From Squalus acanthias (Eukaryota): a stretch of DNA of 64,000 nucleotides. Below, piece by piece: positions 11,841 to 23,850 of this stretch. Position numbers and translations under genes: made by a program. Location of the stretch: positions 11,656,001 through 11,720,000 of the forward strand of contig CM059432.1 in the NCBI GenBank assembly GCA_030390025.1. Reading direction: 5' to 3'. A model generated the notes under the pieces. It saw only the letters and a list, made by a program, of their open reading frames with translations, was not told the DNA's origin and did no database searches. Within the stretch, counting starts at the first letter, position 1; every line of letters starts with the position of its first letter.

Positions 11841-13174
11841 GTGCTTCTGTGACTGGTCTTTAATGCCCAATGTCTATAGCTGCACTGTGCAGACGGCAGA
11901 AATCAGTCACTGGGAATAGGAAATTGCAGGAGATCCCATTTGCATACGTTAATGAAGCTGTGTGTGCGAGGTCACGGTCTGCTGATGTTAAAGACCCCGT
12001 GGCAAATAGCGCGACGTGTGACTGCAGCTGGTGAAATGCTCTCGTGTCCCATTTCCTGGCCCCCGCTTGTCTGAATCTTTCAGGCAGGGACCAGCCCACC
12101 AAGCTGGAAAATCTGCTTTTCAAAATATGAATGAGAGAAAATGCACAGTGACCACAAATTGGACCAATCGGCTCATCTCGTTCATCTTTCCGTAGAAACC
12201 TGGAATCTCATCATCACAGCACCTGTTGAATGAAGAGTATTAATCGCTCTTCCTGACATTAGTCCGGAACTTGCCTTTTAATAGTTTGGTCTGCAGACCC
12301 TTGACCGACGCTCATGGTTTAAACTAATACACTGAAATGAAAAAAGATCACAACAGACTCTTGCAACTGCAGGCACCTTGGACCCTTCAGACCGGCTGAT
12401 AGGGTATCTCTGCAGAATTTATAGCCCTTATTTTCCGAGGCTCCGTGCCGACAGTTGACGGCGATGGAAACTCTGACCCCGAACTCACCCACTTGATTCG
12501 CGTTCTGCGCGATTTCTTTTTTCCGACGGACGATAGTCCGGGGAAATGAAGAGACCTTACCGCAGGCACTGTGCAATCCACATTGCCAAATGAGAAATGC
12601 GCCACTTGGGTCACATCCCAAGCGCACTGCAGAAATGGACCTGACCTGCTTCAGAGTGCTTCCTAAGCTAGTTTGTTGTTTGATTGAATGTTGAAGTCTA
12701 GTTTTTTTTTGGCAGTGAGCATCTCTCTGCCCGTACATTAAAAACACCTCGCAATTTTCTTCCCCCCTCCACATTATTGCTTTTTTGGCATAAGCCATCA
12801 TTTTGCCAAGACATGCTTTTCTGGAACCTTGGCAGTTACTGCAGCACGTGTTACCTCTAACCAAGTTGGGATACCCAATCTTTTTGGGTATTGTGTGCCA
12901 ACGGTCTCTGTGGGGCCAGTTACAGCACTTATGAGAAGTGCTCTTCTTTGCTTGATCTCTCACTCCTTTGGAGCTTCCCTGAAGATGACTGTGAAGGTGC
13001 TACTCGCTCTACATTTGAGTAAGTCTATCCTGCAGCACTGCAGTGCTGTTGGACGTGTACCACTGCATCCTGCAGCAATATCAGAGATGCACTGCTGTGC
13101 ATACTCCACCAGCTATTGCAGACTGCTCCTGATGGCCTCAAGGTGTACAAATCCCTCCATGGCACTCTGAAGAA

Positions 13175-13612
13175 AGGTTGAGCAGGTTGGGCCTATACTC
13201 ATTGGAGTTTAGAAGAATGAGAGGGGATCTTATTGAAATGTATAAGATTCTGAGGGGGCTTGACAGGGTAGATGCAGAGAGGATGTTTCCCCTCGTGGGG
13301 GAATCTAGAACTAGGGGGCATAATTTCAGAATAAGGGGGCACCCTTTTAAATCGGAAAGGAGGAGGAATTTCTTCTCAGAGAGTCATGAATCTTTGGAAT
13401 TCTCTTCCCCAGAGAGCTGTGGAGGCTGGGTCATTGAATATATTTAAGGTGGAGATAGACAGATTTTTGAACGATAAGGGAGTCAAGGGTTATGGGGAGC
13501 GGGCAGGGAAGTGGGAGCTGAGCCCAAGATCAGATCAGCCATGATCTTATTGAATGGCGGAGCAGGCTCGAGGGGCCAAATGACCTACTCCTGCTCCTAC
13601 CTCTTATGTTCT
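13175..13612 (+). mobile_element. CR1-clade LINE 3' fragment
   Basis: Encodes RLGLYSLEFRRMRGDLIE; 3' UTR and TATGTTCT tail. Confidence 0.88.
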
Positions 13613-13922
13613 TATCTCTGCGCTCCTCCAATTCTGGCCTCTTGAGCATCCGCAATTTCCTTCGCTCCACCATTGGCGTCCGTGCCTTCAGCTGCCTAGG
13701 CCCTAAGCTCTGGAAACTCTCCCTAAACCTCTCCGCCTCTCCTTCATAAGAACATAAGAAATAGGAGCAGGAGTAGGCCATTCGGCCCCTCGGCCCTTCG
13801 AGCCTGCTCCGCCATTCAATAAGATCATGGCTGATCTTCGACCTCAACTCCGCCTTCCCGCACTATCCCCATATCCCTTAATTCCCTTCGTTCCCAAAAA
13901 TTTATCGACCTCTGTCTTGAAT

Positions 13923-16156
13923 TAAGGTCCTGAATTTAAACAAGGGGAATTATGATGCCATTAGACGGGAACTGAGTAGGTCTGATTGGACAACGTTCCT
14001 GGGAGGACTGGAGGTAGATAAACAATGGCAAGCATTTAAAGATAGAATGACAAAATTGCAAAAATTGTTTATACCAATCTGGCATAAAAGGAAATCTAAA
14101 AAGGTGACTCAACCGTGGATAACAGGGGAAATTAGAGACAGCATAAAATCCAAAGATAGGGCATATAAAATAGCCAAAAAAAGCGCCAGAGCGGAAGATT
14201 GGGAACAGTTTAAGATAGAGCAAAGGAGGACAAAGGGCTTAATCAAGAGGGGCAAAATAGCTTACGAAAGCAAGCTGGCGGAAAATATAAAAACTAACTC
14301 CAAAAGCTTTTATAAGTATATCAAGAGGAAAAGACTGGTGAAAACCAAAGTTGGTCCATTGCAGTCAGATATGGGGGAATATATAACGGGAAATAAGGAA
14401 ATGGCAGACCAACTAAATGCATACTTTGGGTCAGTCTTTACGAAGGAAGACACAAAAAACCTCCCTGGGATATCGGGAAAAATAGGGACATTGGCAAAGG
14501 AGGTACTGACGCAAATCAATATCTCTAAGGATATGGTGTTAAGGAAGCTAAAGGGATTGAAGGCGGACAACTCCCCAGGGCCTGATAACATGCATCCTAG
14601 GGTACTGAAGGAGGTGGCCCTAGAGATAGCGGATGCACTAAGTATGATTTTTCAGAATTCATTAGACTCGGGAACAGTGCCCATGGATTGGAGGGTAGCT
14701 AACGTTACCCCACTATTCAAAAAGGGGGGTAGGGAAAAAGCAGGTAATTACAGACCTGTAAGCCTTACATCAGTTGTGGGCAAAATGCTGGAGTCCATCA
14801 TTAAGGATGAAATAGCGGAGCACTTAGCAAATGGGGACAGGATAGGACAGAGTCAACATGGATTTACAAACGGTAAATCGTGCTTGACTAATCTATTGGA
14901 ATTTTTTGAGGGAGTAACTGGTAAAATAGATGGGGGAGAGCCAGTAGATGTGGTGTACCTGGACTTCCAAAAGGCCTTCGACAAGGTCCCACATAAAAGA
15001 TTAGCATGGAAAATTGAAGCTCATGGGATAAAGGGGAAAGTATTGACGTGGATAGAGAACTGGCTGTCAGATAGAAAACAGAGAGTTGGAATAAACGGCT
15101 CATTTTCTGAATGGCAGGCAGTAACAAGTGGGGTACCGCAGGGATCTGTCCTGGGTCCCCAGCTGTTCACAATTTACATTAATGACCTGGATCAGGGAGT
15201 CGGATGCAGCATTTCCAAATTTGCAGACGACACTAAACTAGGAGGGGGGGTGGGCTCAGAGGAGGAGACCAGGAAGCTCCAGAGCGATTTGGACAGACTG
15301 GGTGATTGGGCGGATAAATGGCAGATGCACTATAATGTGGACAAGTGCGAAGTTATCCACCTTGGGTGCAGGAACGGGAGGGCAAATTATTATTTAAATG
15401 GCAATAAATTGGGAGAGGGGGAAGTACAGAGAGACCTGGGTGTTCTTGTACACCAGTCACTGAAGGCGAGCATGCAGGTGCAACAGGCGGTCAAGAAGGC
15501 AAACGGTATGCTGGCCTTCATAGCAAAAGGGTTGGAATACAGGAACAGGGATACCTTGCTGCAGCTGTACAGGGCACTGGTGAGACCACACCTCGAGTAC
15601 TGTGTACAGTTTTGGTCGCCTCATCTGAGGAAAGATGTTCTTGCCATGGAGGGGGTGCAGCGGCGATTCACCAGGCTGATACCAGGAATGGCGGGATTGA
15701 CCTATGAGGAGAGACTATGTAGTTTAGAGATGTACACACTGGAGTTTAGAAGATTGAGAGGGGACCTCATAGAAGTGTATAAAATTCTGACAGGTCTAGA
15801 CAGACTAGATGCAGAAGGAATGTTTCCCTTGGCGGGTGAGAACAGAACTAGAGGACATAATTTAAGGATAAGGGCTAAACCATTTAGGACAGAAATGAGG
15901 GGGAATTTCTTCACTCAGAGGGTGGTGAACCTGTGGAACTCATTGCCACAGAGGGCAGTGTACGCCAGCTCATTAAATATATTTAAGAGGGAATTAGATA
16001 TATTTCTACAGGCAAAAGGGGTTAAGGGTTACGGAGAGAAGGCGGGGACGGGATACTGAATTGGAGGATCAGCCATGATCTCATTAAATGGCGGAGCAGG
16101 CTCGAAGGGCCGGATGGCCTACTCCTGCTCCTATCATCTATGTATCTATGTATCTA
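13923..16156 (+). mobile_element. Young 5'-truncated CR1-clade (HER1-like) LINE
   Basis: Open frame across almost the whole insert; (TATCTATG)n 3' tail; TSD TGAAT at 13918-13922 and 16157-16161. Confidence 0.93.
14047..16059 (+). CDS. CR1 ORF2 reverse transcriptase (5'-truncated, no endonuclease domain), 670 aa from the first ATG
   Basis: Motifs NYRPVSLTS, YLDFQKAFDKV, SGVPQGSVLGP and FADD; the frame is also open 41 codons upstream, to 13924. Confidence 0.93.
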   Translation: MTKLQKLFIPIWHKRKSKKVTQPWITGEIRDSIKSKDRAYKIAKKSARAEDWEQFKIEQRRTKGLIKRGKIAYESKLAENIKTNSKSFYKYIKRKRLVKTKVGPLQSDMGEYITGNKEMADQLNAYFGSVFTKEDTKNLPGISGKIGTLAKEVLTQINISKDMVLRKLKGLKADNSPGPDNMHPRVLKEVALEIADALSMIFQNSLDSGTVPMDWRVANVTPLFKKGGREKAGNYRPVSLTSVVGKMLESIIKDEIAEHLANGDRIGQSQHGFTNGKSCLTNLLEFFEGVTGKIDGGEPVDVVYLDFQKAFDKVPHKRLAWKIEAHGIKGKVLTWIENWLSDRKQRVGINGSFSEWQAVTSGVPQGSVLGPQLFTIYINDLDQGVGCSISKFADDTKLGGGVGSEEETRKLQSDLDRLGDWADKWQMHYNVDKCEVIHLGCRNGRANYYLNGNKLGEGEVQRDLGVLVHQSLKASMQVQQAVKKANGMLAFIAKGLEYRNRDTLLQLYRALVRPHLEYCVQFWSPHLRKDVLAMEGVQRRFTRLIPGMAGLTYEERLCSLEMYTLEFRRLRGDLIEVYKILTGLDRLDAEGMFPLAGENRTRGHNLRIRAKPFRTEMRGNFFTQRVVNLWNSLPQRAVYASSLNIFKRELDIFLQAKGVKGYGEKAGTGY

Positions 16157-17129
16157 TGAATACACTCAATGACTGAGCATCCACAGCTCTCTGGGGTAGA
16201 GAATTCGAAAGATTCACAACCCTTTGAGTGAAGAAATTTCTCCTTATCTCAGTCCTAAATGGCTGACCCCTTATTCTGAGACTGTGACCCTGTGTTCTAG
16301 ACTCCCCAGCCAGGGGAAACATTTTCCCAGCATTAACTCTGTCAAGCCCCTTAAGAATTTTATATGTTTCAATTAGGTCACCTCTCATTCTTCTAAACTC
16401 GAAGGAATATAGGCCTAGTCTACTCATTTTCTCCTCATAAGGCAATCCCCTCATCCCAGGAACCAGTCTAGTAAACTTTTGTTGCACTCCCTCTAAGGCA
16501 AGTATGTCTTTCCTTAGGTAAGGAGATCAGAACTGTACACAGTACTCCAGGTGTGGCCTCACCAACGCCCTGGTACCTCTCCTCCTTTAAGACGCTCCTT
16601 AAAACCTACCTCTTGGTCATCTGTCCCAATATCTCCTTACGTGGTTCGGTGTCAAACTTTATCTGATCATCGCTCCTGTGAAGCGCCTTGGGACGTTTTA
16701 TTACTACTGATGGGAGACTTAACCGCCAACGTTTCCCACTGTCTTCTATCTTAATCAGCTCTGCTGAACAGGCGTCAAGTACATCCGCCTGAAGCAGTCG
16801 GGGTCCTTCGTTAAACCTGCAGATCAGGGGGTCCGATGACATCGATCACCGCAGTCCTGCAGGATAGACTGATGCTCCTAGGTCAGTTACCATTTTCAAA
16901 TGTGAAGGCCATTGTAGCTTTCCTGCCAGGTGAGGGTGGCGGGATGAGGAGCCAGGGCCAGAAGAATCATAGAATCATAGAGATTTACGGTACAGAAGGA
17001 GGCCGTTCAGCCCGTCGAGTCCGTGCCGGCTTCATTGCTTCATTCATCTCCCCTCAGCCTCCTCTGTTCCAAAGAAAACAGAGTCCAGCCTATCCAATCT
17101 TTCCTCACAGCTAAAATTCTCCAGTCCTG

Positions 17130-17462
17130 CTGGAGGTGCTGTCTTTCGGATGAGACATTAAAATGAGGCCCCGTCTGCTTTCTCAGTTGGACATTAAAGA
17201 TCCCATGGCACTATTTTCGAAGAAGAGCGGGGGAGCTATCTCCGGTGTCCTGGGGCCAATATTTATCCCTCAATCAACATCACTAAAACAGATTATCTGG
17301 TCATTATCACATTGCAGTTTGTGGGAGCTTGCTGTGCGCAAATTAGCTGCCGTGTTTCCTACATTACAACAGTGACCACACTTCAAAAAGTACTTCATTG
17401 GCTGTAAAGCGCTTTGGGACGTCCGGTGGTCGTGAAAGGCGCGATAGAAATGCAAGTCTTTC
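17130..17462 (+). mobile_element. DeuSINE (SacSINE1-type), 5'-truncated
   Basis: Deu-domain plus AAGCGCTTTGGGACG...AAATGCAAG tail. Confidence 0.85.
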
Positions 17463-18384
17463 TATTGGATGATCTTCGACTGTCAGTCAAACAGCCATTT
17501 TTTTCCCCCAATCCCCAATATATATTTTAATCACTAATCAATGAAAGTGTGCAAAAGAAAATGAAAATATTACACTTTTTTTTTAATGCCCCTATCATTT
17601 TTCTCCCGGGTTGCTTGCAGCAGCGTCCAGGAGATTAATTTTTAATTCCTAGAGACTCCAAGGACAATCCTGAAGCGCTGGCAACCCTAGCATTCAATAC
17701 AGCGTGAGACTCGGAATGTCTGAATTATTAGTTAATGATCTGCGAGGCTTGACATAATTTTTCAATCATTGAGGCCCATTTTCAAACTCCAGTAAATGAA
17801 GATCAATTTACTGCCAGCATCATTATCCCGCCCTTTCATACAGTACTTAGGAAATATAAATTCACAGTTGATAATTTTTTTCTTTTCATATATATATCAT
17901 CATTTTTTTTTGTTACACAGGGGCAGGGTACATTGAAGCCTTTCTTGCTAGGCCACAAGAGGAACAGCACTGACTTGCACTGTAATTGCAGTAATCCCCT
18001 GTAGATTGTCTGTACGGCTTGCTATTGGCTGGAACAGATGACCGAGAAAACTAAAGGTCGCGATCACAGTAGGGGGAAGGTACGCTGGTAGTCTGGTCGC
18101 TATGGCAACTCTGCGTTTTTTCATGTAACAAGGAAAGACACTAAAACCCCTTTATTAAATTCACAAGCGTAGAAACCCGCAGGAGTCATTTCATTTCATT
18201 TAAAAAATTTAAAAAAATCCTGCATCGTTTAGTTTGTTGCTGGAGATTTTTTTGACAATAGATTTTTACGCGGCGAGTGGTTATGCACTGCCTGAAAGGG
18301 TGGTGGAGGCAGATTCAATCGTGGCTTTCAAAAAGTCGAATTGGATAAGTACCTGAAGGAAAAAAAATTTGCAGGGCTAAAAAG

Positions 18385-18840
18385 AAAAGAAAGACTTGCA
18401 TTTCTATCGCGCCTTTCACCACCACCGGACGGCTCAAAGCGCTTTACAGCCAATGAAGTACTTTTTTGAAGAGTCGTTGAAATGTAGCGGCAGCCAATTT
18501 GCGCACAGCAAGCTCCCACAAACAGCAATGTGATAATGACCAGATAATCTGTTTTTGTTATGTTGGTTGAGGGATAAATATTGGCCCAGGACACCAGGGA
18601 TAACTCCCCTGCTCTTCTTCGAAATAGCGGCCGTGGGATCTTTTACATCCACCTGAGAGAGCAGACGGGTCGGTTTAACGTCTCATCTGAAAGACAGCAC
18701 CTCTGACAGTGCAGCACTCCCTCAGCACTGCACTGGAGTGTCAGCCTAGCTTTATGTGCTCAAGGCCCTGGAGTGGGACTTGAACCCACAACCTTCTGCC
18801 TCAGAGGCGAGGGTGCTACCCACTGAGCCACAGCTGACAC
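18385..18840 (-). mobile_element. Full-length DeuSINE inserted in a + strand CR1 3' end (18280-18380 / 18841-18950)
   Basis: tRNA A/B boxes, Deu-domain and tail present; the CR1 sequence resumes on both sides. Confidence 0.85.
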
Positions 18841-19651
18841 GGCTACGGGGAAAGGGCGGGGGGGAGTGGGACTAGCTGAAGCGCTCTTGTAGAGAGCTGG
18901 CACGGGCTCGACAGGCCGAACGGCCTCCTTCTGTGCTGTAACCTTTCTGTGAGAGTTGGATTTCCTGGAGAGCCGTAGATAATGTGATAATGACCAGATA
19001 ATCTGTTTTAGTGATGCTGATAAAACTTGGTTATAATGAGCATGATACAATAGTTTTGTAACTGGTGTTGAGAACATTAGGCCTGTGAATTATGTAGTGA
19101 AATAGAAGTATTTGGTCCCATCATAGATTGGAGTAAAGTTTCCTCCTGCCTCTGTCTGAGGTGAACCATTATGCAAAATTATGTACATCATTAGTCTGAA
19201 CTGTGATGTGTATGAGCTGAATTTTAATCTGATGCCATATAAGTGCCAGAATATTCATGTTGGATATCTACCAGGTAAATTTGGCTTGTGTGCAAACTGG
19301 CTTGGCATATAAGGGGTGGAAATGCTGGAATCATTTTTAAAAGTGCCTGGGTGCCGTGCTGGGGGGTGTGACTGAAGAGACTTTCTGGAAAGATAAGCTA
19401 AGGTGGACCAGATGGCCTGCCCCATCTGACAACGAGGAATAATTTGACATCCCAGCAACTGCTCACAGTTATTGCTGCTGTGACGACCCTCTTCGTTTGA
19501 ACTCGGCTGCGGCCATTGCCAGGTTAGGCTGGAGGTGTCCGCTCTTGGTAGGGGGGGGGGTGAAGATAGGGAACTCGCTCCCACACAGAGCGCTTGAGGC
19601 GAATAGCATAGATGCCTTTAAGGGGAAGCTAGATGAGTACACGAGGGAGAA

Positions 19652-20108
19652 AGAAAGAACTTGCATTTACATAGCACCTTTCACAACCACCGGACGTCCC
19701 AAAAGCGCTTTACAACGAATAAAGTACTTTTGAAGCGTAGTCACTGTTGTAATGTAGGAAATGCCGATTTACGCACAGCAAGCTCCCACAAACAGCAATG
19801 TGATAATGACCAGATAATCTGTTTTAGTGATGTTGGTTGAGGGATAAATATTGGCCCCAAAACACTGGGGAGAACTCCTCTTCGAAATAATGCCATGGGA
19901 TATTTTACAACCACCTGAGAGGGAAGACGGGACCTCAGTTTAACGTCTCATCCGAAAGACGGCACCTCCGACAGTGCAGCACTCCCTCAGCACTGCACTG
20001 GGAGTGTCAGCCTAGATTTTTGTGCTCAAGTCTCTGGAGTGGGATTTGAACCCACACAACCTTCTGACTCAGAGGCACGAGTGCTACCCACTGAGCCACA
20101 GCTGACAC
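19652..20108 (-). mobile_element. Full-length DeuSINE inserted in a + strand CR1 3' end
   Basis: Head TGTCAGCTGTGGCTCAGTGG...GGTTCAAATCCC; the CR1 sequence AGAAAG is repeated on both sides. Confidence 0.85.
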
Positions 20109-20448
20109 TAGAAAGGAATAGAAGGAAATGCTGATAGGGTTAGATGAAGTGGGAGGAGACTAATGTGGAGCATAAACATGGACTGTTTGGGCCGAATGGT
20201 CTGTTTCTGTGCTGTAAATTCGATGTCATTCTATGTAAAGGGGGCGGGGGAGGGACAGTCAGTTTTGACCAAAAAGCTGCCACTGGAGTCAGGCTTTGAA
20301 AAAGAAACACCAAACGTCAACTCTGGGTTTTGGAAACAGGACTGCACAGGCAGCCAAGTGCTGTGGAAAGGTTGAATAGACAGGAGACTGCTGGGAGACT
20401 GCTGGGAGGGAGGTTCTGCCTGGACTGGAGAATGGCTGCAAAGATATT

Positions 20449-21177
20449 GGGCCTGAATTTGCGACCGGAGGCCTCCCATCATCAAATGTTCGACGCATTT
20501 ACCGGGTGTTCCGGGAGATACGGAGGCCTGCGATCCTGGGCCTCTCCTGGTAGAAATGCGTAGAGGCCCACGTATCCCAGGGACGCAGGCGGTTCGCGAG
20601 CACCCCTGGGATCACATGGGCCGGCCCAACCAATGAAAGAAGGGAATCCCCCTTCATACTTACGGGGTATCCGTACGTGCGGAATTGTCATAAGTATAAA
20701 TGGGGATGACTTAAAAAATACACGAACACATGAAATACATTTTCTTTTAAATTACATATATAAAATTAATTAAAATGGCATTTAATTAGATATTTTAAAT
20801 AAAAATTTAATTTTTAAAAATTTTTTAGCGATGTTTTAACGGGGCTAAAAATAAACTTATCTTATTGGACGGGGTTTTTAATGTTTAAGTGAGTGCTAAA
20901 ATTTTATTTTTCTATTTTTTAAAACTCTTATGCTGGTAAAAGCAGGCCATACGCCAGCTTTTACCAGGCGTAAGAATTCCGCGGCCTTTCAGCGGGCGGA
21001 AGTTGGGCAAATAGCGCAACTCTCCACCCGCGCAGGTCCATCTCCCGGGGATGTGGAGGATCTGTCAAGAGGATTGCAAGTGCCGGGTTTTAGTACGTGC
21101 GCTTCGCGTGCCTAAACCCGGCACTTGCGCGGCCCCTACGGGCCGTGCGCACCCGTAGGGGTCGCAAAATACGGCCC
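20449..21177. mobile_element. PIF/Harbinger-type MITE, 729 bp
   Basis: TIRs GGGCCTGAATTTGCGAC / GTCGCAAAATACGGCCC; 3-bp TSD ATT; GC-rich arms around an AT-rich core. Confidence 0.8.
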
Positions 21178-21651
21178 ATTATTCTGTTTAAATTAAATAA
21201 GACGACCCACCAGAGTGCGGGGTAAGCAACACATGTTCTTTATTTGAATTATTACAAGTTGCATCAATTAAACGAAGTGACTCTGAGAATACGCAATGCT
21301 CTTGACCTTTCACCTTACTGTGGAGTAATTCGAGCTAGTCTTCACCTGCGATCCTGTGTTAACTCAGCCCGCCTTAGGATAGATTGAAGAAGTACACGTG
21401 TGTAAGACATGGAGGTGTGGAGCAGATCACAAGGGAGTGTCATTCATACTGCACAAGTAGATTTAGGGGCGGTGTGAGCCATAGATTCACACAGAATATT
21501 ACAGCACAGCAACAGGCCATTCGGCCCAACAGGGTTATGCCTCCTCCCACCTTACTTCATCTCACCCTATCAACATATCCCATAAAAGTAAAAGCAAAAT
21601 ATTGTAGATGCTGGAAATCTGAAATAGAAACAGAAGAAACACCAGAGCCAC

Positions 21652-21925
21652 TGGGAGTGGGGGAGGTGTGGGCCGGTGCTGGGAGTGGGGGAGGTGTGGG
21701 CTGGTGCTGGGAGTGGGGGAGGGTGTGGGCCGGTGCTGGGAGTGGGGGAGGTGTGGGCTGGTGCTGGGAGTGGGGGAGGTGTGGGCTGGGAGTGGGGGAG
21801 GTGTGGGCTGGTGCTGGGAGTGGGGGAGGTGTGGGCTGGTGCTGGGAGTGGGGGAGGTGCGGGCTGGGAGTGGGGGAGGTGCGGGCTGGAGGTGGGGGAG
21901 GTGTGGGCTGGTGCTTGGGGTGGGG
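21652..21925. repeat. G-rich 28-bp minisatellite (GGGAGTGGGGGAGGTGTGGGCTGGTGCT) with 22-bp variants
   Basis: About 10 tandem units read directly. Confidence 0.9.
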
Positions 21926-21964
21926 TGCACGTTCGGCGGGGTAGTCGGCAACTCTAAGGTCTAT

Positions 21965-22262
21965 ATAAGAACATAAGAATTAGGAGCAGGAGTCGGCCAT
22001 GCTGCCCCTTGAGCCTGCTCCGCCATTCAATAAGATTGTGGCTGATCTTTGACCTCAACTCCACTTTCCTGCCCGATCTCCATATCCCTTGATTCCCCTA
22101 GAGTCCAAAAATCTATCGATCTCAGCCTTGAATATACTCAACGACTCAACATCCGCAGTCCTTTGGGGCAGAGAATTCTAAAGATTCACCACCCTCTGAG
22201 TGAAGAAATTCCTCCTCATCTCAGTCTTAAAAGGCCGACCCCTTATCCTGAGACTATGCCCC
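21965..22262 (-). mobile_element. CR1-clade LINE 3' end
   Basis: ATAAGAAC tail, 3' UTR and an FFTQRVVNLWN-type frame. Confidence 0.85.
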
Positions 22263-22354
22263 CTAAGGTCTACCCACCTCTCTCCGCCACATTCCCAGCC
22301 CATGGAAGTCTTCTCCTCTCCCAGATTTTCAATGCTCCCCCCCCGCCCCACCAC

Positions 22355-22594
22355 TATTCTGCTGTAACCACTTACACCTCCTCTGGACCTATCTTTTGTT
22401 TCTTTACTTGTCCCAGTATCTCCGCCTTTTGCCTCGCACCATCATCCCTTTTGTCATTTAATCACTCCTGCCTTCCACCCGATCACCCTTTGTTCTTTTC
22501 CTGCCCCCACCTCCCCTTTTCCCTGGCTCTGTATTTACTTAAAAAGCTGTTCACCTCTAGACACCTTCCAGTTCTGCTGAAAGGTCATCGACCT
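22355..22594 (+). mobile_element. Penelope-like pseudo-LTR fragment with a broken hammerhead
   Basis: Reverse-complement relative of 57640-57870; ends AGTT-CTGCTGA-AAGGTCATCGACCT, lacking GAAA. Confidence 0.65.
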
Positions 22595-22954
22595 ATAAAA
22601 GTTAAGGTGAGCAGAATGCTTACGGGGCACGCCTGACAACTCTGAACCTAAGAATGTGTCCACGGCAGACCTGAACTTCGAACGCGGCTTTATATTGTAA
22701 ACAAAATGGTGACAGATTTTTAAAGAAAAGGAATTGAGTGATTTGCTTGGTTCATCTTCTCCTTTCTCATGTTGGTTGATTCTTGTCATTCAGAATTGGC
22801 AGTGTCTCATGGAGATTTTCTAGCTGTTTTTGCTCACTTTTGATTTGTACGTTTCCTACCTCCGCAATTCTGATTGTCATGTTTTATTTTGAGTCAGTCA
22901 ACAAAGTGGGACACCAGAGCATGACGCCTGCAGTTGAATGGTGCTTTGTTTTGA

Positions 22955-23335
22955 CTTGAGCTCAAAATCTAGGCCGACACTCCCAGTGCCGCGCCGAGGG
23001 AGTGCTGCACTGTCGGAGGTGCCGTCTTTCGGATGCGACATTAAATCGAAGCCCCCGTCTGCTCTCTCGGGTGGACGTAAAAGATCTCTTGTCACTATTT
23101 CCAAGAAGAGTAGGGGAGGTGTCCCCGGTGACCTGGCCAATATTTATCCCTCACTAAAAAAAAACAGATTATCTGGTCATTATCTCATTGCTGTTTGTGG
23201 GAGCTTGCTGTGCGCAAATTGGCTGCCGCGTTTCCCACATTACAACAGTGACTACACTTCAGAAAGTACCTCATTGACTGTAAAGCGCTTTGGGACGTCC
23301 TGAGGTCATGAAAGGCGCTGTAGAAATGCAAGTTT
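22955..23335 (+). mobile_element. DeuSINE (SacSINE1-type)
   Basis: Deu-domain and tail. Confidence 0.82.
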
Positions 23336-23409
23336 TTAAATTCTATATAACAGATAGGAGGACGTGCGCGTAAATATACCGTATTTGTAGTATTTTTTTT
23401 AATATTCGT

Positions 23410-23850
23410 TTTTATGGGATGTGGGCGTCGCTGGCAAGGCCAGCATTTATTGCCCATCCCTAGTTGCTCTTGAGAAGGTGGTGGTGAGCCGCCTTCTTGA
23501 ACCGCTGCAGTCCGTGTGGTGAAGGTACTCCCACAGCGCTGTTAGGGAGGGAGTTCCAGGATTTTGACCCAGCGACGATGAAGGATCGGCGATATACTTC
23601 CAAGTCAGGGTGGTGTGTGACTTGGAGGGGAACTTGGAGGTGGTGGTGTTCCCATGCGCCTGCTGCCCTTGTTCTTCTAGGTGGAAGAGGTCGCGGGTTT
23701 GGGAGGTGCTGCCGAAGAAGCCTTGGCGAGTTGCTGCAGTGCATCTTGTAGATGGTACACACTGCAGTCACGGTGCACCAGTGGTGGAGGGAGTGAATGT
23801 TTAAGGTGGTGGATGGGGTGCCAATCAAGCAGACTGCTTTGTCCTGGATA
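23410..23850 (-). mobile_element. LINE 3' end, second family
   Basis: ORF 23460-23882 ends KSWNSLPN...HHHLLKSN. Confidence 0.78.

Larger units (their letters stand above)
13746..16570 (-). mobile_element. Older CR1 3' fragment, split by the young CR1 and itself inserted in an L2 3' end (13615-13745 / 16572-16705)
   Basis: ORF 16146-16487 is CR1-like; its 3' UTR continues at 13922-13746; the flanks join as an L2 tail. Confidence 0.8.

Noticed and set aside
12319..13170. 214-aa minus-strand ORF or possible Myb-like fossil (…PTWLEVTRAAV…)
   Set aside because: No convincing motif; the resemblance is too weak to call without a search.
14047..16059. Domesticated or host reverse-transcriptase gene
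   Set aside because: It has a TSD, a CR1 tail and a 5' truncation, so it is an ordinary young retrocopy.
22570..22594. Additional hammerhead ribozyme
   Set aside because: The core is mutated (CTGCTGA) and truncated before GAAA.
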